From the IMG/VR virus record IMGVR_UViG_3300045988_146126: a stretch of DNA of 43,696 nt. One strand, written 5' to 3'. The stretch is from a virus. Shown piece by piece: positions 41,292-43,696 of the stretch. The notes beneath the pieces were generated by a model. That model saw only the letters and a program-made list of their open reading frames with translations. It was not told where the DNA came from and did no database searches. Each line of letters begins with the position of its first letter. The first letter of the stretch is position 1. The position numbers and the translations under genes are program-made.

Positions 41292-41720
41292 ATGGAGCTT
41301 TTATCAATTAGCGATGAAAAGGATCGGGAAGCAGTCGAAAATATCCTAAATAAATACCGAGCAGAGCGTGGATTCATAAAGGCGCCAGTCAATCCAAAGA
41401 TCACTAGTGCATGGGGAGACGGAACTTCTGCCAGCACTGTTCAGCGTCCGCTGTATGCACAGCAGCGTTTGGAAAGACAAGAATCGGCACGTAAGTTCTG
41501 TGAATGGTGCGACAGTTGTATTGCATCAATGCCGAAACAATCACATCAGCGTTTATTAAGGGTGCGCTATTGCGATGGGCCAGAAACAGATACGCCAGAC
41601 GGTGATGCAATGAATATTCTCGATATATCTGCAGCAACCTACACACGCAGAAAGAAAAATGCGTTGTTAGCAGCGGCCTGGTACTTTGGCGTCACACCCA
41701 GAAAAAGTAGTGAGCAATAA
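41292..41720 (+). CDS. ArpU-family late transcription regulator
   Basis: SD AAGGGGTGG lies 8 nt before ATG 41292. It is about 142 aa. The N-terminus is EAVENILNKYRAERGF and the C-terminal sigma-r4-like HTH is ISAATYTRRKKNALLAAAWYFGV. It sits at the early/late boundary. Confidence 0.75.
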   Translation: MELLSISDEKDREAVENILNKYRAERGFIKAPVNPKITSAWGDGTSASTVQRPLYAQQRLERQESARKFCEWCDSCIASMPKQSHQRLLRVRYCDGPETDTPDGDAMNILDISAATYTRRKKNALLAAAWYFGVTPRKSSEQ

Positions 41721-41864
41721 ATGATCGATGAATGAGGACTATTTGAGGACTAATTGATTGATAAATGAGTGGCGAACTAAAAACGGAATCCCTTATGATT
41801 GTATTGTGCCAAAGGTGAGAAACCTGAGACACCGCATTTTTCCTCCGAGCCTCAGTGATGATAA

Positions 41865-41961
41865 AGCTGTGGCAAGGCGTGGCAATGAGGACTGGCTGAG
41901 ATAGTCAGGCGGGTTCGATTCCTGCATGCCACATTGTCCAGTTTAGCGACCGGACACAGCT
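41865..41961 (+). ncRNA. Candidate structured RNA containing a D-armless tRNA-like module (not a canonical tRNA)
   Basis: The T-arm is GCGGG-TTCGATT-CCTGC (41909-41925). A 6-bp acceptor-like helix pairs TGCCAC (41927-41932) with either of two tandem GTGGCA copies (41869 or 41879). A 5-bp hairpin spans 41890-41906. The closing helix is AGCTGTG (41865-41871) with CACAGCT (41955-41961). Confidence 0.3.
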
Positions 41962-42027
41962 TGCGATGACCCTAGCTGACAATGGGCGAGCGAGCAGCAG
42001 ACATGAAGCACAGATATCACCTCAATG

Positions 42028-42061
42028 TAGTATTCCAGTTTACGCTGGGGTACTATTTTTG
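42028..42061 (+). terminator. Strong intrinsic terminator 14 nt upstream of ATG 42076
   Basis: An 11-bp stem TAGTATTCCAG / CTGGGGTACTA, loop tttacg, then TTTTT running into the SD GAGGTGA. Confidence 0.8.
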
Positions 42062-42075
42062 TGAGGTGATACGAA

Positions 42076-43008
42076 ATGAAAGACAAAGTTGACAAAGGTT
42101 ATTCGGGTACTTCAAGTTTATCAGTACGTGTTTCCGGCCCTGAAATGCAAGCATCTAAGGGATACGACTTAGACTCCGTCATTGGTGCGTTGCAGGATTC
42201 TCAGGCACTTATAAGAAAGACATACTTGACCAGTCAGGGAAGAGTACGGTTTACATCCAAGGATTATGACAACTTTCAAATTAAACTGAAAGAATGGCGT
42301 GAAGGTTCTCTATGGTCCGATTTAGAGCTTGTTTATTCAAGTGTGATTTTGCCTACAATTCCATTTGTTGTCGACAATCGTGAATTCATTTGGGAATCTA
42401 TTAAAGACTCCTACACTTTCTTGAAAGCAAAATTAACGGCCAAGTCAAAAGGGGAGGCCGTGAAAGTGGAACAAAAGGCAGGCGAACATGGCGTGAATAT
42501 CACAAATAATGGTTCTGGAACAGTGATTGTTGCTGGCCCTGGGCTCCCCGACTTTGCTGAGTCGATTAAACCTTATATACAGCAATTAACAGAAAACATT
42601 CAACCTAACCGGGTGGACACGATTGAGGTGACTAAGGACCCAACAAGCACTGCTCCAGAAGATAAAGTCGTGCTTGACTCGTCAGACAAGAAAATATTTG
42701 GAGAAACAACATTAACTTCTGACGATCGCGTAAGCATCTCAGGAAAGATTACTGCTCTGAATTACGTGACGAACTCAGGCAATATTGAAATTACTAGTTC
42801 TTCTGTTGAGGCTATAAAACCGGGACATGTGTATCACTTGAAGATTAGTACGGATCTACACGCTGAAGATAAGGCCAGAGAAATGTATTTGCGTGACAGA
42901 CCTTATTATTGCAAATATACGGTATCTGCTCAAAACCCTAACCGGGTTATGGAAATCACAATTACTGATTGGGATGACATAGAGTGGGATCAACAAGATA
43001 AGAATTAG
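42076..43008 (+). CDS. Unknown protein (310 aa) between the late regulator and the packaging genes
   Basis: SD GAGGTGA lies 6 nt upstream. It is a clean 310-codon ORF bracketed by terminators. I recognise no motif. Confidence 0.75.
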   Translation: MKDKVDKGYSGTSSLSVRVSGPEMQASKGYDLDSVIGALQDSQALIRKTYLTSQGRVRFTSKDYDNFQIKLKEWREGSLWSDLELVYSSVILPTIPFVVDNREFIWESIKDSYTFLKAKLTAKSKGEAVKVEQKAGEHGVNITNNGSGTVIVAGPGLPDFAESIKPYIQQLTENIQPNRVDTIEVTKDPTSTAPEDKVVLDSSDKKIFGETTLTSDDRVSISGKITALNYVTNSGNIEITSSSVEAIKPGHVYHLKISTDLHAEDKAREMYLRDRPYYCKYTVSAQNPNRVMEITITDWDDIEWDQQDKN

Positions 43009-43041
43009 GAACGGGACGCCACGTCGTCTTTTATTTGCCAG

Positions 43042-43076
43042 AGCACTCTGCCAAACGGTGAGGTGCTATTTTTGTG
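43042..43076 (+). terminator. Intrinsic terminator after the 310-aa ORF
   Basis: AGCACTC ... GAGGTGCT stem followed by ATTTTTG. A weaker GACG/CGTC hairpin plus T-run lies at 43013-43036. Confidence 0.65.
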
Positions 43077-43077
43077 C

Positions 43078-43470
43078 AACAAAAAGGCCCTCTGAGCGAT
43101 TAACTGAGGGCCTAGCTACCGGTGTTTACTGAGGTGAAACAACGGTACCGAAAAAGAGTATAACACATGTAGCAATAAATCGGATTAAAAAAGCCCTCAG
43201 AGACCAGTCCAAGGGCCAAAAGAATGAAAAAACGGAATACTTGTGTGAGCAGCAGCGGTTGACTTGGAGGAGAAAGGCCACTGCTCACATATATATATTA
43301 GCACATTCCTTATAGAAGATACTAAAATAGCCCTCGGTTGGGGGCCGAGAGCCTAAAGAAAGGGTATTACAAAGGAGTGAAAATGAGTATCTGTTGGGAA
43401 CAATTTAATTCTAACTCATCGAAATTTTTTAAGCAACAAAAAAGCTTTCGGGGCCTAATCCGAGGGCTTA
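43078..43470. repeat. Four spaced 'A-run plus GCCCTC-arm' hairpins, reading as minus-strand terminators
   Basis: The hairpins are AAAAAAGGCCCTC..GAGGGCC (43080-43112), AAAAAAGCCCT..AGGGC (43187-43216), AAAATAGCCCTCGG..CCGAGAGC (43324-43352) and AAAAAAGCTTTCGG..CCGAGGGC (43438-43467). Spacing is about 106-136 bp. Confidence 0.5.
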
Positions 43471-43493
43471 AGAACTCGGGAAGTTCTTCATGA
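43383..43493 (+). CDS. Possible 36-aa basic peptide (not in the ORF track)
   Basis: SD AAAGGAG lies 5 nt before ATG 43383. The product is MSICWEQFNSNSSKFFKQQKSFRGLIRGLKNSGSSS. It overlaps one of the hairpins. Confidence 0.3.
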   Translation: MSICWEQFNSNSSKFFKQQKSFRGLIRGLKNSGSSS

Positions 43494-43550
43494 GAATGTG
43501 AGCAGCGTCATCAAACTGCTCACGGACATTATATTTTCGGAGGCGAGTAG

Positions 43551-43696
43551 ATGCAGTGGACAGATGAACAAATCAGTGACATTAGGAAGCTCGCCTCTGA
43601 AGGCTTTACCAGACGAGAGACGGCAGACAAGCTCGGGATTAGCTATGATGCGCTTCAAGGTAAAGCAAAACGGCTTGGCATCGAGTTCCAAAAACC
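43551..43696 (+). CDS. 5' end of the HTH-metallophosphoesterase gene that continues at base 1
   Basis: ATG 43551 is preceded by SD GGAGG (43539-43543, 7-nt spacer). MQWTDEQISDIRKLASEGFTRRETADKLGISYDAL is an HTH-like N-terminus. It is in frame with frame 1 of the window start. Confidence 0.7.
   Translation, partial: MQWTDEQISDIRKLASEGFTRRETADKLGISYDALQGKAKRLGIEFQK
43578..43696. repeat. Terminal direct repeat, copy B (identical to 1-119)
   Basis: Same 119 bases as the window start, consistent with assembly overlap of a circular or circularly permuted template. Confidence 0.95.

Larger units (their letters stand above)
1..43577. mobile_element. Complete genome unit of a temperate siphovirus-type phage (integrase, repressor and full morphogenesis and lysis modules), circularly closed in the window
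   Basis: All canonical phage modules are present once. The window ends repeat its first 119 bases exactly. Coding density is about 90 percent with a late operon on the plus strand. Confidence 0.85.

Noticed and set aside
41204-41437. 77-aa minus-strand ORF overlapping the 5' end of the ArpU-like gene
   Set aside because: It is antisense to a well-supported regulator gene and has no ribosome-binding site.
41869-41933. Genuine tRNA, possibly an amber suppressor that would explain the TAG in the major tail gene
   Set aside because: Only about 55-65 nt are available. There is no D-arm, only 2 nt lie between the hairpin and the T-stem, and no CCA is encoded at the 3' end. The 7-nt loop reads GCUGAGA: it has C instead of U at position 33, the central triplet is UGA and there is no CUA. 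I keep it as a tRNA-like element, not as a tRNA or suppressor.
43078-43470. CRISPR-like array
   Set aside because: The hairpin units share only a short arm motif and are not identical. Spacing is irregular (about 106-136 bp) and far longer than CRISPR repeat-spacer units, and there are no cas genes.
43488-43691. 67-aa minus-strand ORF at the window end
   Set aside because: It is antisense to the junction-spanning HTH-phosphoesterase gene, whose frame, SD and continuation at base 1 are clear.
1-43696. Reverse transcriptase-based elements (retron, DGR), transposases, rRNA or additional integrases
   Set aside because: I saw no ORF with YxDD-type RT motifs, no DDE/transposase-like ORF and no rRNA-like sequence on either strand. 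The variable-looking tail genes have no adjacent template repeat.

Overview
This window is one complete, circularly closed genome unit of a temperate long-tailed (siphovirus-type) phage. Bases 1-119 are repeated exactly at 43578-43696, giving a 43,577-bp unit, and one gene (ATG 43551) reads across the junction into base 1. The gene order is the classical Firmicutes/Lactobacillaceae prophage layout. From the protein types I guess a Lacticaseibacillus casei-group host, but I cannot verify that without a search. In order, the plus-strand late genes are terS and a PBSX-type terL, portal, SPP1-gp7-like head protein, scaffold, a gpD-like/gpE-like capsid pair, connectors, major tail protein, G/GT chaperones, a 1029-aa tape measure, Dit, Tal/receptor-binding protein, holins and a GH25 endolysin. 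Next come the attP region and a tyrosine integrase, then a leftward lysogeny/moron block and an ImmR/ImmA-type repressor-protease pair. The early region holds a cro-like switch, an antirepressor, a RecT plus PD-(D/E)XK exonuclease pair, a DnaD-like replication organiser with internal iterons, SSB, a RusA-like resolvase, many small early ORFs and an ArpU-type late regulator. Two programmed -1 frameshifts are readable: the capsid with an Ig-like extension, and the tail chaperone G/GT. I found no rRNA, canonical tRNA, CRISPR array, transposase or reverse transcriptase. Nine things are not explained by the standard phage map. (1) An in-frame TAG splits the major tail gene. (2) A 355-nt structured leader carries a D-armless tRNA-like module and ends in a strong terminator directly in front of an unknown 310-aa ORF. 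(3) A hairpin-dense 540-bp non-coding region follows that ORF. (4) An HTH-fused metallophosphoesterase and an NrdH-like gene sit ahead of terS. (5) A two-gene cassette (unknown protein plus XRE-HTH/M78 peptidase fusion) lies between lysin and attP. (6) A three-gene leftward operon lies next to int. (7) A Zn-ribbon/HEPN-like gene faces a convergent promoter. (8) A second, inverted HTH-led cassette has its own operator array inside the early region. (9) A run of small acidic ORFs ends in an HTH gene. All functional calls rest on motifs I can read by eye and on gene position; no database search was possible.
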